A DNA stretch of 35,478 bases, taken from contig SPCN01000001.1 of NCBI GenBank assembly GCA_004525465.1, forward strand, positions 1 to 35,478. The letters run 5' to 3'. The notes under the pieces are model-generated. The model was not told the DNA's origin. It did no database searches and saw only the letters and a list, made by a program, of their open reading frames with translations. This stretch comes from Chrysiogenales bacterium (GTDB lineage Bacteria; Acidobacteriota; Aminicenantia; UBA2199). Position numbers and translations under genes: made by a program. Shown here in pieces: positions 1 to 7,530 of this stretch (its first letter is position 1; each line of letters begins with the position of its first letter).

Positions 1-2000
1 GCTTCCAGCAGCGGCGCGGCCGATATTTCCTCGCCCACCGCGTTCTTCATCCACAGCTGTGGAATGATGCGCCCGGCCTGGCACATGCGCTCCATTTCCG
101 TGCCCAGGTTCCTGCCGCCAAGATAGCTCTCCAACTGGAATGAGATCAGATGGCCCAGGGGATAGTCGGGGAGGTAGAGGGCGGCGTCGATCAGGTGCGA
201 GTAGGCGGCCAGGATGATCTGGTCGCGGCAGCCGAAGATCTCCGCATAATATTTGTTCCAAACCTGGCGGGCGCAGCCTATGACCGCCTTGCGCAATGCT
301 TCCGGATTGGCCCCGGGATTCTTGTAGAGCCAGCTCCACACTTTCATGTCCACCAGCGCCACTCCTGCGATCTCAAAGGTCATCCAGAGCGTATCCAGGG
401 CTTTCAGCTGCAGGGTGCTGTGTGTTTTGTTCTTCAGGCCGAGGATCTCCAGGTCGCGGTTCTGGAAAAGGAAGGCGAAGGCCTCGCTGACTGCCGTATT
501 GGGCACGCCGGCCAGGAGGTAGGAGTCGACCTTGTGCAGCGAAAGCGTCTGCTCGACGCAGTGGCCGAGCTCGTGCATGGCCACGTTGAAGCTCTGGTAG
601 TTCATGCCGCCGCGATCGGCCCGGGTGCGCAACCGCGACCTCTCCGAGCGCATCATGGCCCCCCAGGCGTGGCCGGCGCCGCGGGCCGGGTCCACGGCAA
701 CGCGGGCGGCAATGAAGTCGGCGCTTTTGGCCGTGAAGCCCAGTTCCTGGAGAATGGCGCGCATGTCCTTGGCAAAGGCGTTCAGGTTGGCGTATTTCTG
801 GCCGACGCGGCGGTCCAGTTCGCCTTGCGAAATTTTTGCATTGGGCTTGAAGCCGTTGTACCAGATGTCGAAGGGTTTCAGTTTTCGTCCCAGGCGCTTT
901 TCCACAAGAACGGCCGTGTCTTTCACCTCGGTTGAATTCAGCACTTCCTCGAAAAGTTTTTCCGTGGCGGCCTCGTCCAGCTCGCGTTCCAGTTCGAATT
1001 TACGCTGGGCATGGCTGGGCAGTGACGGAAAATACTCATCCATGTCTTTCATGGCCTTGAATATGTTGAGCAGCTGCAGGTAGCGGGTATTGGGCTCCGG
1101 GGTCCAGCCGATCTCTTTGCTGTCTTTATAGACCTTGTTCCTGAATGGATTCCAGAAAAAATCCCCGCGGTTGACCATGGTTTTGGGAATATCCTGCTGG
1201 ATGATGCGCTTGAGTACTTCGTGGATCATCTCCTGGCCTTCCAGGCCGTGCTTTTCGGCATAGAGGCCCTTGAGGTGGTCGCGCAGCCCCCAGTGGCTGA
1301 TGAGGTGCAAACTTTCCGGGAAAAATGATTTCCCCTGGTTGTCGAGCAGGCGCCCCATGTGGATGTTGTATTCGGATATGTAGGTTTCGGCTTCGTTCAG
1401 GGCCGCGGCCGCATTCTGGTTTGTCCGGGCCGGCAGCCGGGAAAGGATCAGGTCGCCGCAGCGGGCATAGGCCCAGTCGCGCCGGTCCCAGGCCGGCCCC
1501 AGCTCGGTCTTTTCGGCCAGGGTATAGGAGGGGAAGTTCAGCAGGATATCGAAGGCGATCTGGCTTTCGAACAGGTCTTCGCTGAGGTGGGCCATGGGGT
1601 CGAAACGGCCGAAGCGCTGGTCGATAGGCAGTATCCCGCCCCAGTCCAGTTGCAAAGGTCTTTTCAGGTCCAGGCTGATCTTGTTCAGATGGCCGTAAAG
1701 CGATTCGAAGTTGCTCTCGAGTCGTTTGAAGAGGACTTGCAGCTTGTCCGGATCGGCGATAAAGTTCAGCTTGCAGAATTTCATGAATTCATCAACGCTG
1801 CCGTCGGAGCTGCGCCAGAAGGCTGCGGTTTGCTGCACGCCGCGATCGATGCGCAGCTTCTGTGTATCGCCGTACCTGCCCAGAAGATATTCGCGGATGC
1901 TGTCCTGGGTATCCTTGTCGATAAACATGGTATCGCCTCCCAAAGGCGCGAAAAACATCAGCGCCAATGCTATTGTTAAGAATATGCTGTTTTTTTTCAA
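1..2000 (-). CDS. Secreted Zn-metallopeptidase, gluzincin type (HEXXH plus downstream Glu-Ala; M2/M3-like), 3-prime end off window
   Basis: Absent from the ORF track because it has no stop in the window. My reverse-complement translation from TTG at 2000 is open to position 1 (about 666 codons); GGAGG lies at 2010-2006 with a 5-nt spacer. The N-terminus LKKNSIFLTIALALMFFAPLGG is signal-peptide-like. Internal AMHELGHCVEQ...NTAVSEAFAFLFQ gives the HEXXH and third-ligand Glu context. An alternative ATG start is at 1958. The plus-strand ORFs 150-935 and 1359-1979 are its antisense shadows. Confidence 0.75.
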   Translation of the reverse strand, partial: MKKNSIFLTIALALMFFAPLGGDTMFIDKDTQDSIREYLLGRYGDTQKLRIDRGVQQTAAFWRSSDGSVDEFMKFCKLNFIADPDKLQVLFKRLESNFESLYGHLNKISLDLKRPLQLDWGGILPIDQRFGRFDPMAHLSEDLFESQIAFDILLNFPSYTLAEKTELGPAWDRRDWAYARCGDLILSRLPARTNQNAAAALNEAETYISEYNIHMGRLLDNQGKSFFPESLHLISHWGLRDHLKGLYAEKHGLEGQEMIHEVLKRIIQQDIPKTMVNRGDFFWNPFRNKVYKDSKEIGWTPEPNTRYLQLLNIFKAMKDMDEYFPSLPSHAQRKFELERELDEAATEKLFEEVLNSTEVKDTAVLVEKRLGRKLKPFDIWYNGFKPNAKISQGELDRRVGQKYANLNAFAKDMRAILQELGFTAKSADFIAARVAVDPARGAGHAWGAMMRSERSRLRTRADRGGMNYQSFNVAMHELGHCVEQTLSLHKVDSYLLAGVPNTAVSEAFAFLFQNRDLEILGLKNKTHSTLQLKALDTLWMTFEIAGVALVDMKVWSWLYKNPGANPEALRKAVIGCARQVWNKYYAEIFGCRDQIILAAYSHLIDAALYLPDYPLGHLISFQLESYLGGRNLGTEMERMCQAGRIIPQLWMKNAVGEEISAAPLLE

Positions 2001-2019
2001 CGGGGCCTCCCGGGCCTTG

Positions 2020-2048
2020 AATGTAGCATGAGGGGCTCCAAAAATCAA
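2020..2048 (-). promoter_or_regulatory. Candidate sigma70-type promoter for the 1-2000 peptidase gene
   Basis: On the minus strand: TTGATT (2048-2043), 17-nt spacer, TACATT (2025-2020). This sits about 20 nt upstream of the TTG start and implies a very short leader. Confidence 0.3.
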
Positions 2049-2066
2049 GGCAGAAGGGAAAGAGCT

Positions 2067-2210
2067 AGGTGTACGGTGTACGGTATACGGTTGACGGTGA
2101 AGAAAGATGGGCGAAATGAAATCGTTGCCGTCTGCTTGAGAAATCCTTTCTCATTTTATTATTCTCTTTTTCTTTCCTGACCGTAAACCGTCAACCGTCG
2201 GCCGTCTACC
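2067..2210. repeat. Interrupted inverted repeat made of 4 heptanucleotide units per arm (H1)
   Basis: Left arm 2071-2098 is GTACGGT GTACGGT ATACGGT TGACGGT. Right arm 2180-2207 is ACCGTAA ACCGTCA ACCGTCG GCCGTCT. The arms pair as four 5-bp helices separated by 2x2 mismatches, plus GAAAG/CTTTC (2102-2106 with 2172-2176). The loop is 65 nt. Confidence 0.7.
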
Positions 2211-3084
2211 CAGTTTTTCCCATGTTCTCTCTGGTGAACTCGATCTCGGTCGCGAAGAACAGCACTTTGCTCCATTGGCGACAGAGTACATAGAACTGCT
2301 GCCAGAGGAAAACCAGCAGGACCAGCAGCGGGCGGTTCTTGGGCAGCAGGCGGACGATCTCCAGGTAAAAAAATGTCAGCGCCACAAAAACCAGCCCGGC
2401 CAGCAGATAGAGCCCCCAGGCTTTGAAAAATCCCCGCCTCATGAATTTCAGCGTCAGCCAGGTTTCCTTCAGCACTTTTTTCCGGGCGCCGGTCACCAGG
2501 CCGATCTTAATGTAATCGAAAAACATGGCCACCACGGTCAGCAACAGAACCAGGACGAGAAAGCGCAGGTTGCTAACGATCATTGCCGGCCATTCGGTCG
2601 GAGCCCGGCGGCGGAATATCTCCAGGAAAGCCTTGAGTAAAGGATAAAATATTCCTATGAATATGAGATAGACCGGGATGGAGAAGAGGAACAAACGGAA
2701 AAAGCGCCAGAAATAGAGGCCGCAATCGTGAAAAAAATCGGCCAGGGTAGTTTTGGCTTCCTGGCGGTTCAAACAGCCGATGATGCCGCCGTTGAGAAAG
2801 ACCGACAGCAGAAGGTACAAAACCGCCGCCAGCAGCGCCGAGCCAAGGACCGCCGGAGTGACATTCATGTAACGGTAAATGAAATCGGCCAGCCAGAAGA
2901 TATCCAGCTTCTGCAGGGTATGCTCTGCTGAAAAAGAATGGGACATGTGCTTCATTATCAGGAAGAAAAACGGCGTGACGGCGAAAAGCGAAAACAGAAT
3001 ATTAACCGTCCACAGCCTGACGGCCAGGCGGCTCTTTCTGAAACTGAGGATCATAGCCCTGCCTAATATTTTAAAATTACCCAT
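2206..3084 (-). CDS. Polytopic membrane protein of unknown function (292 aa)
   Basis: ORF track. It has several long hydrophobic segments, AAGGAG 5 nt upstream of the ATG, and a start 11 nt after the stop of the upstream M1 peptidase gene. I recognise no family motif. Confidence 0.75.
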   Translation of the reverse strand: MGNFKILGRAMILSFRKSRLAVRLWTVNILFSLFAVTPFFFLIMKHMSHSFSAEHTLQKLDIFWLADFIYRYMNVTPAVLGSALLAAVLYLLLSVFLNGGIIGCLNRQEAKTTLADFFHDCGLYFWRFFRLFLFSIPVYLIFIGIFYPLLKAFLEIFRRRAPTEWPAMIVSNLRFLVLVLLLTVVAMFFDYIKIGLVTGARKKVLKETWLTLKFMRRGFFKAWGLYLLAGLVFVALTFFYLEIVRLLPKNRPLLVLLVFLWQQFYVLCRQWSKVLFFATEIEFTRENMGKTG

Positions 3085-3094
3085 GGTGCACTCC

Positions 3095-5179
3095 TTAGCT
3101 CATGCTGGCGGCGAATTGCAGCAGGTTCTGGATCCAGAACAGCAGTTTTCCGGTCCAGCGCATGGTCCCGGCCATGTTGGCCTTGACGATGAAACTATTG
3201 TTGCTCAGGTTGCGATCGATCAGGAACACGTTGTCGGGATCGATGTGGGCGTACTTGATTTTGCTGGCGCCGGTAAAACTGAACTCTGTCCAGCGGCCAT
3301 GGCCGTCCCAATAATTTGTTCTTTTTGTGCCGTCCTCGAAGGCGGTTATGATTTTGAGCTTGACGCCGGGGCCGGGCCGCGCCTCGCCGAGGCGCCGGAT
3401 CCGGACCAGGGAACGGTACACGGGTTTTTTGTTTTTCTCGTCAAGTTCACGGGCCGCCCGGGCCGTGATCTCACTTTTCTTCCCCTGGCCGTCGAAAATG
3501 CCGCGGCTGGTCTTGATCTCGTGCGAGCTGACGCTGTCGATGGCGTAGTCCCATTCCTTGGTGCTGAAGAACAATTCGTCGAAGAACCAGTTCAGATCGC
3601 GACCGCTGACTTCGTTGGCCGTGGCAATGAAATCTTTGCTGGTTGGATGGCGAAAACGGAAGCGGCTCTGGAAGGCGCGCATGACCCGCAGCATGACCTC
3701 CTTGCCGATGAGATTTTCCAGAGTATTCAAGCAGGTCGACGCCCGCATGTAGACATTTAGTGCATAGCTCATGGAATCATAGAACTTCCAGGTTGTGGTG
3801 ACGACCGGGTCGGTTGTGGCGACCTGGATGGCCGCGGCGCGGTCGCTTTCCTTATCGGTATACGTGAGCGCGCCGCTGTAGCGGGTCAGGGGAATGCCGA
3901 ACAGGGTCAGGGGAAGGGCACCGGATCCGTAGGCCTTGGCCAGCACCTTGCCGGTGGAATAGGTGTTGATGCCCTCGTCCAGCCAGGCCTCCTCGAATTC
4001 GTTGCTGGCCGCAAGGCCGTACCAGTAGCCATGGCCGAATTCATGGATGATCACCATTTCGGGATGGTTGGCCTGCGGGCTGGGCAGGACCTGGGTGCCG
4101 GCGGTGAAAATGGTCTGGTATTCCATGCCGCCGCTGCGACTGCGAAAGGGCGGGTCGACCAGGGTGACCTGCGCGTATGGGTAGGGCCCGTACCAGAGGC
4201 CGTAATATTTCAGGGCCATGCGCAGGGCCTTGAAATGGCGCTCGACCTGGGCGCGGTGCTCGGGGTTGATCAGCAGGATCATTTTCACGTCGGGCAGTTT
4301 CACCGCTTCCAGGGGCAAGCGCAGGGTGCCGGCGATTTCCCGGTACTCGGCCGGGCTGACCTCGTTGGCGGCGATGAAATCGCGTTCGATCTTGATGTAA
4401 TCTGGGTCGGCGGTCCAGGCGAAATCGTGGATGCGCTCCTGCTCGAAGGTATAGGTTGAGGTTTTGCGTCCCGAATCGTTCTTGCGGGCCGTCTCTTTCC
4501 CGGCCGCGCCCACCACGTATTCATTGGGCACGGTGATATGCACCCGGAAACGGGCGAAGTCGGCGAAAAATTCGCTGTTCAGGTGGTACTGGTGGCAGTT
4601 CCAGCCCTTGCCCTGCTGGTAGACGCCGGGCTTGGGGAACCACTGGCCGATGAAGTAGCCGTTATGGTAATAGCCGGAGCGGCTGATTGTTCTCGGCACC
4701 CGGGCCTTGAAATTTAATTCCAGCTTCACGGTTTCCCCGGGCAGCAGCGGCTTGGGCAGCTTGACGCGCATGACGGTCTGGTCGTCGCGATTGCGCGGTT
4801 CATCGGGGCTCATGAACTGTATGGCAGCGGTCAGGTCGGTCCCGTCGGCCAGGCGGATCTTTTCCACGTCGATCCAGCCCCAGCCTCCGTCCGGGACCCT
4901 GGTGTCGCCGTTGAAGGTGCCGGAAGGGTCTTCGCGCCGGGCTTCGCTCATCAGGACGCTTTTTTCATTTTTAAAGGCGTTCCAGTAAAGGTGGAACCAG
5001 AAATCCGGGATGGCGTCGCGGCTGGTGTTGGTCCAGCTGATGGTCTCCCGTCCCTGCAGCATTTTTTTGGCCGGGTCGAGACGGACCCAAATTTCATAAT
5101 CGATCGGGTCCTTGCTCGCCTCGGCGGCCAAGGCCAGGAACAGCAAGAAAAGCAGAAAGGACATTAGGGTTCTCTTCAT
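3095..5179 (-). CDS. Secreted M1-family zinc metallopeptidase (aminopeptidase N-like)
   Basis: Signal peptide MKRTLMSFLLFLLFLALAAEA. The motif HEFGHGYWYGLAASNEFEEAWLDEG is an exact HEXXH-X18-E M1 gluzincin signature. GAGGTG RBS lies upstream. Confidence 0.9.
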   Translation of the reverse strand: MKRTLMSFLLFLLFLALAAEASKDPIDYEIWVRLDPAKKMLQGRETISWTNTSRDAIPDFWFHLYWNAFKNEKSVLMSEARREDPSGTFNGDTRVPDGGWGWIDVEKIRLADGTDLTAAIQFMSPDEPRNRDDQTVMRVKLPKPLLPGETVKLELNFKARVPRTISRSGYYHNGYFIGQWFPKPGVYQQGKGWNCHQYHLNSEFFADFARFRVHITVPNEYVVGAAGKETARKNDSGRKTSTYTFEQERIHDFAWTADPDYIKIERDFIAANEVSPAEYREIAGTLRLPLEAVKLPDVKMILLINPEHRAQVERHFKALRMALKYYGLWYGPYPYAQVTLVDPPFRSRSGGMEYQTIFTAGTQVLPSPQANHPEMVIIHEFGHGYWYGLAASNEFEEAWLDEGINTYSTGKVLAKAYGSGALPLTLFGIPLTRYSGALTYTDKESDRAAAIQVATTDPVVTTTWKFYDSMSYALNVYMRASTCLNTLENLIGKEVMLRVMRAFQSRFRFRHPTSKDFIATANEVSGRDLNWFFDELFFSTKEWDYAIDSVSSHEIKTSRGIFDGQGKKSEITARAARELDEKNKKPVYRSLVRIRRLGEARPGPGVKLKIITAFEDGTKRTNYWDGHGRWTEFSFTGASKIKYAHIDPDNVFLIDRNLSNNSFIVKANMAGTMRWTGKLLFWIQNLLQFAASMS

Positions 5180-5200
5180 GGGCGCACCTCAATTGATTCC

Positions 5201-5229
5201 ATTATCCGTTAAACGGCCGTCGGATTCAA
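5201..5229 (-). promoter_or_regulatory. Candidate sigma70-type promoter for the M1 peptidase operon
   Basis: On the minus strand: TTGAAT (5229-5224), 17 nt, GATAAT (5206-5201). The spacer contains palindromes CCGTTAAACGG (5205-5215) and ACGGCCGT (5213-5220). Confidence 0.35.
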
Positions 5230-5255
5230 ATGTTTCAAGAAAAGAGTGGAAATTT

Positions 5256-5391
5256 AAATCCCAAATTCCAAGCACCAAATCACAAATAAGCTCCAAGCAC
5301 CAATTTCCCAATGACCCAAACAAAAAAAGATTTGCAAAAGCTCTTGTTTTGGACATTTAATTTTGGAATTTGGTGCTTGTGATTTGAAATT
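5256..5391. repeat. Interrupted inverted repeat made of heptanucleotide units (H2)
   Basis: Left array 5256-5290 is AAATCCC AAATTCC AAGCACC AAATCAC AAATAAG. Right array 5362-5391 is TTTGGAA TTTGGTG CTTGTGA TTTGAAA TT. Positions 5257-5286 pair with 5391-5362 as 3 bp, 2 mismatches, 5 bp, 2 mismatches, 12 bp, 2 mismatches, 4 bp. The loop is 75 nt. Confidence 0.7.
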
Positions 5392-5403
5392 ATATTTGTT
5401 CTT

Positions 5404-5438
5404 CAACATCGAACATCGAACTTCGAACTTGGAACCTC
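5404..5438. repeat. Tandem heptanucleotide array, 5 units (H3)
   Basis: CAACATC GAACATC GAACTTC GAACTTG GAACCTC, ending 6 nt from the stop codon (5445-5447) of the CBS-ATPase gene. I found no inverted partner in the window. Confidence 0.65.
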
Positions 5439-5444
5439 TGTTTT

Positions 5445-6392
5445 CTAGATCAACGGCCAGGTCTGCGTGGGCAGATAGAAGATCATCTCCACCTGGGTGC
5501 CGACTTTCTTTTCGGAAATGATCACCAGTTTGTCGGCGAAGCGCTTCATGTTGGCGATGCCCATGCCGGCGCCGAAGCCGCGCTCGCGGATGTAATCGGG
5601 GGCGGTCGAGTACCCTTCCTTCATGGCCTTGTCCAGGTCTTCGATACCGATACCATTGTCCACCACACGCACGATGAAGCGGTCTTCATGCTGAAAAAAG
5701 TAGATATCGCCCTGACCGCGGCTATGGATGACCACGTTGGTCTCGGCCTCATAGGTGGCCACGCCGACGCGGCGCACAATGTCGCTGTGAAAACTCTTAC
5801 CGGTCAGGAACTGTTTGAGCATGGCGGCGCCCGTGCCGGCGGCGTCGATGTCGCTGCTGTCGATCTGGTAGTGGAATTCGGCTTCCTCGATCTTCAGCTT
5901 TTCGCCGGTAATGGCCGAGTATTCGGTGTTCAGGGTGCTGGTGCGTTTCTGGTCGTGGATGTAGATGAGGTTGAACTTTTCCAGGATGCCATGCAGGATG
6001 TCTTCCTTGCTGATGATGCCGCAGACGCGTTTATCGTCGTCGACCACCGGGAAGCGGCCGTACTTGTAATTTTCGAACTTGTCCACCACATCGGCCAGCG
6101 AGTCGTCCTTGTGGATGGTGACGACCTGGGTAGACATGATCCGGTGGATGGGGTCGTTGATCTTGTTGAATTCGAAGGCGTGAATGATGTCCTCGATGCT
6201 GATGATGCCGATCAGCTGCTTGTTCTCGTCGACCACCGGCATGCCCGAGATCTTCTTGATCTTCATCAGTTCCTTGGCGTGGGCGATCTTTTTGTCGGCG
6301 GAGATCTCGACCACGTTGGAACTCATGATCTCTCCGGCCTTGATATCCTCAAAAATGGCCGCGTAGCGGGCCAGCTTGTTATTTTCCGACAT
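5445..6392 (-). CDS. CBS-pair domain protein fused to a GHKL (RsbW/SpoIIAB-like, HATPase_c) ATPase/kinase domain
   Basis: I start at the internal Met (MSENNKLARY, ATG at 6392) rather than the track start at 6485, whose Pro/Ala/Cys-rich extension overlaps the DRTGG gene. Two CBS-like repeats are present (IMSSNVV...GMPVVD and IMSTQVV...RFPVVD). The C-terminus carries YEAETNVVIHS (N-box), VDNGIGI (G1) and GFGAGMG (G2). Confidence 0.8.
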   Translation of the reverse strand: MSENNKLARYAAIFEDIKAGEIMSSNVVEISADKKIAHAKELMKIKKISGMPVVDENKQLIGIISIEDIIHAFEFNKINDPIHRIMSTQVVTIHKDDSLADVVDKFENYKYGRFPVVDDDKRVCGIISKEDILHGILEKFNLIYIHDQKRTSTLNTEYSAITGEKLKIEEAEFHYQIDSSDIDAAGTGAAMLKQFLTGKSFHSDIVRRVGVATYEAETNVVIHSRGQGDIYFFQHEDRFIVRVVDNGIGIEDLDKAMKEGYSTAPDYIRERGFGAGMGIANMKRFADKLVIISEKKVGTQVEMIFYLPTQTWPLI

Positions 6393-6735
6393 CGCTGCCC
6401 CGCAATCCGGTGGCGTAGAGCTTGCCGCACGAGGAATAGAGGTAGCTGCGGGTGCGCAGCAGGAGAAAATCGTTCTCGCGGGCATAGGCGATGGTTTCCG
6501 GGGCGATGTTCTTGCCGCGGACCACGATCAGTCCCAGCAGATCGGTGACCAGGGCGGTGCGGATCACCTGCGGATAAGTGTAGCCGGTCAGAACCATCAT
6601 CCCGGGTTGGGTCAGGGCCAGGATGTCGCTGATCATATCGCTGGCTCCAACCGATTTCACCTCTTCATCCAGTTTGCTTTCCCCGGATAGGACTTCGGCC
6701 TCAAGCAGGGCGACGATGTCGCGGACTTTGATCAT
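6379..6735 (-). CDS. DRTGG-domain protein (paralog 1)
   Basis: 118 aa. VRDIVALLEAEVLSG...ASDMISDILA...VLTGYTYPQVIRTA...IVVRGKNI...LLLRT is the standalone DRTGG pattern and aligns clearly with the 7642-7977 product. It overlaps the downstream CBS-ATPase start by 14 nt. Confidence 0.75.
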   Translation of the reverse strand: MIKVRDIVALLEAEVLSGESKLDEEVKSVGASDMISDILALTQPGMMVLTGYTYPQVIRTALVTDLLGLIVVRGKNIAPETIAYARENDFLLLRTRSYLYSSCGKLYATGLRGSDVGK

Positions 6736-6782
6736 GTTTTTAAACCTCGCCGCGACGCCGGGCGGTTGGCGCCGCCGCTATT

Positions 6783-7337
6783 TCAGTTTTCAGTGTAGAT
6801 TTCCTTTTCGTACCAGGTCTCCAGGCGCAGTTTGTGCTTGGCTTCTTCCTGGGCCAGGGCCAGGAAGGTCTCGCGCATGGGCTCGTCCTCGGCCATAGCC
6901 GCCAGGTCATTGTAGAATTTGAACGAGGCTTTTTCCCGGCGCATGGCCACGATCAGGGCTTCCTGGTAGTCCATGTCCGGTGTGGGTAAGATGTCGACCA
7001 GGTAGTCGACGATTTTAAGGTCGGTCACCTGCTTGGCCGAGGGTTTGAAGGTGCTGCCGCTCTTGACCCGCTGCAGCTTCTCTTTGTGCTGGTTTTCCTC
7101 GCCGGCGAACTGAATGAATTGCTCGCGCAGGGCCTTGTTGTCCAGCTTGTTCGACCAATCCAGGTAGAATTGGCGGGCTTCTTCTTCTTTTTCGATGGCG
7201 AAATCCAGGACTTCCTGAACGGATTTGAATGTGGAAAGAATCATCATGGGTTCGCCGCAACAGACCAGCTGTCCCTTGCCTTCGGCGATCACCTTGACGA
7301 TCTTCCCGCAGATGGAGCATTTGTAAAAATCGGTCAT
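6783..7337 (-). CDS. Desulforedoxin-like domain fused to a ferritin-like/rubrerythrin-family diiron four-helix bundle (no C-terminal rubredoxin)
   Basis: The N-terminus [31 protein letters not shown] matches the desulforedoxin CxxCG...CCG FeS4 motif. The remainder has [26 protein letters not shown] and QEEAKHK, i.e. E / ExxH / E / ExxH diiron ligand spacing. GGGGAGG RBS. Confidence 0.85.
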   Translation of the reverse strand: MTDFYKCSICGKIVKVIAEGKGQLVCCGEPMMILSTFKSVQEVLDFAIEKEEEARQFYLDWSNKLDNKALREQFIQFAGEENQHKEKLQRVKSGSTFKPSAKQVTDLKIVDYLVDILPTPDMDYQEALIVAMRREKASFKFYNDLAAMAEDEPMRETFLALAQEEAKHKLRLETWYEKEIYTEN

Positions 7338-7367
7338 GGGTACCTCCCCAGATTTGTGAACTTCCTG

Positions 7368-7396
7368 ATTTTAGCACTGAAATAAAAAATCCGCAA
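7368..7396 (-). promoter_or_regulatory. Candidate promoter of the Dx-ferritin / DRTGG / CBS-ATPase operon
   Basis: On the minus strand: TTGCGG (7396-7391), 17 nt, TAAAAT (7373-7368), preceded by TGC (extended -10). Confidence 0.35.
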
Positions 7397-7417
7397 ATCC
7401 CAAGTTCGTCGAGCTAT

Positions 7418-7445
7418 CGTGATGCGTGATGTGTTATGCGTGATG
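7418..7445. repeat. Tandem heptanucleotide array, 4 units (H4)
   Basis: CGTGATG CGTGATG TGTTATG CGTGATG, located in the divergent promoter region. Confidence 0.65.
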
Positions 7446-7455
7446 AGAGAAGAGG

Positions 7456-7483
7456 GTAGGGGCGCGGCCTGCCGCGCCCCTAC
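7456..7483. repeat. GC-rich REP-like perfect palindrome (R1)
   Basis: GTAGGGGCGCGGC ct GCCGCGCCCCTAC, with 13 complementary positions per arm. Its right half is near-identical to 17732-17744 (GCCGTGCCCCTAC). Confidence 0.7.
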
Positions 7484-7530
7484 GCCCGGAATTTTCTTAT
7501 CTAAAATAAAATTTTTATTCAAATTATATC

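Noticed and set aside
150-1979. Plus-strand ORFs 150-935 (261 aa), 604-1083, 1325-1585, 1359-1979 and 1711-2031
   Set aside because: They are Gly/Ala/Val/Arg-rich and motif-free. All lie antisense to, or out of frame with, the long open minus-strand frame that carries a signal peptide and a HELGH zinc site. They are typical high-GC shadow ORFs.
6393-6485. N-terminal extensions offered by the ORF track (5445-6485, 8011, 8421, 11911, 30629, 33538 starts)
   Set aside because: The extensions overlap upstream genes, have aberrant Pro/Arg/Cys-rich composition and lack an RBS. Internal starts with Shine-Dalgarno sequences give family-typical N-termini.
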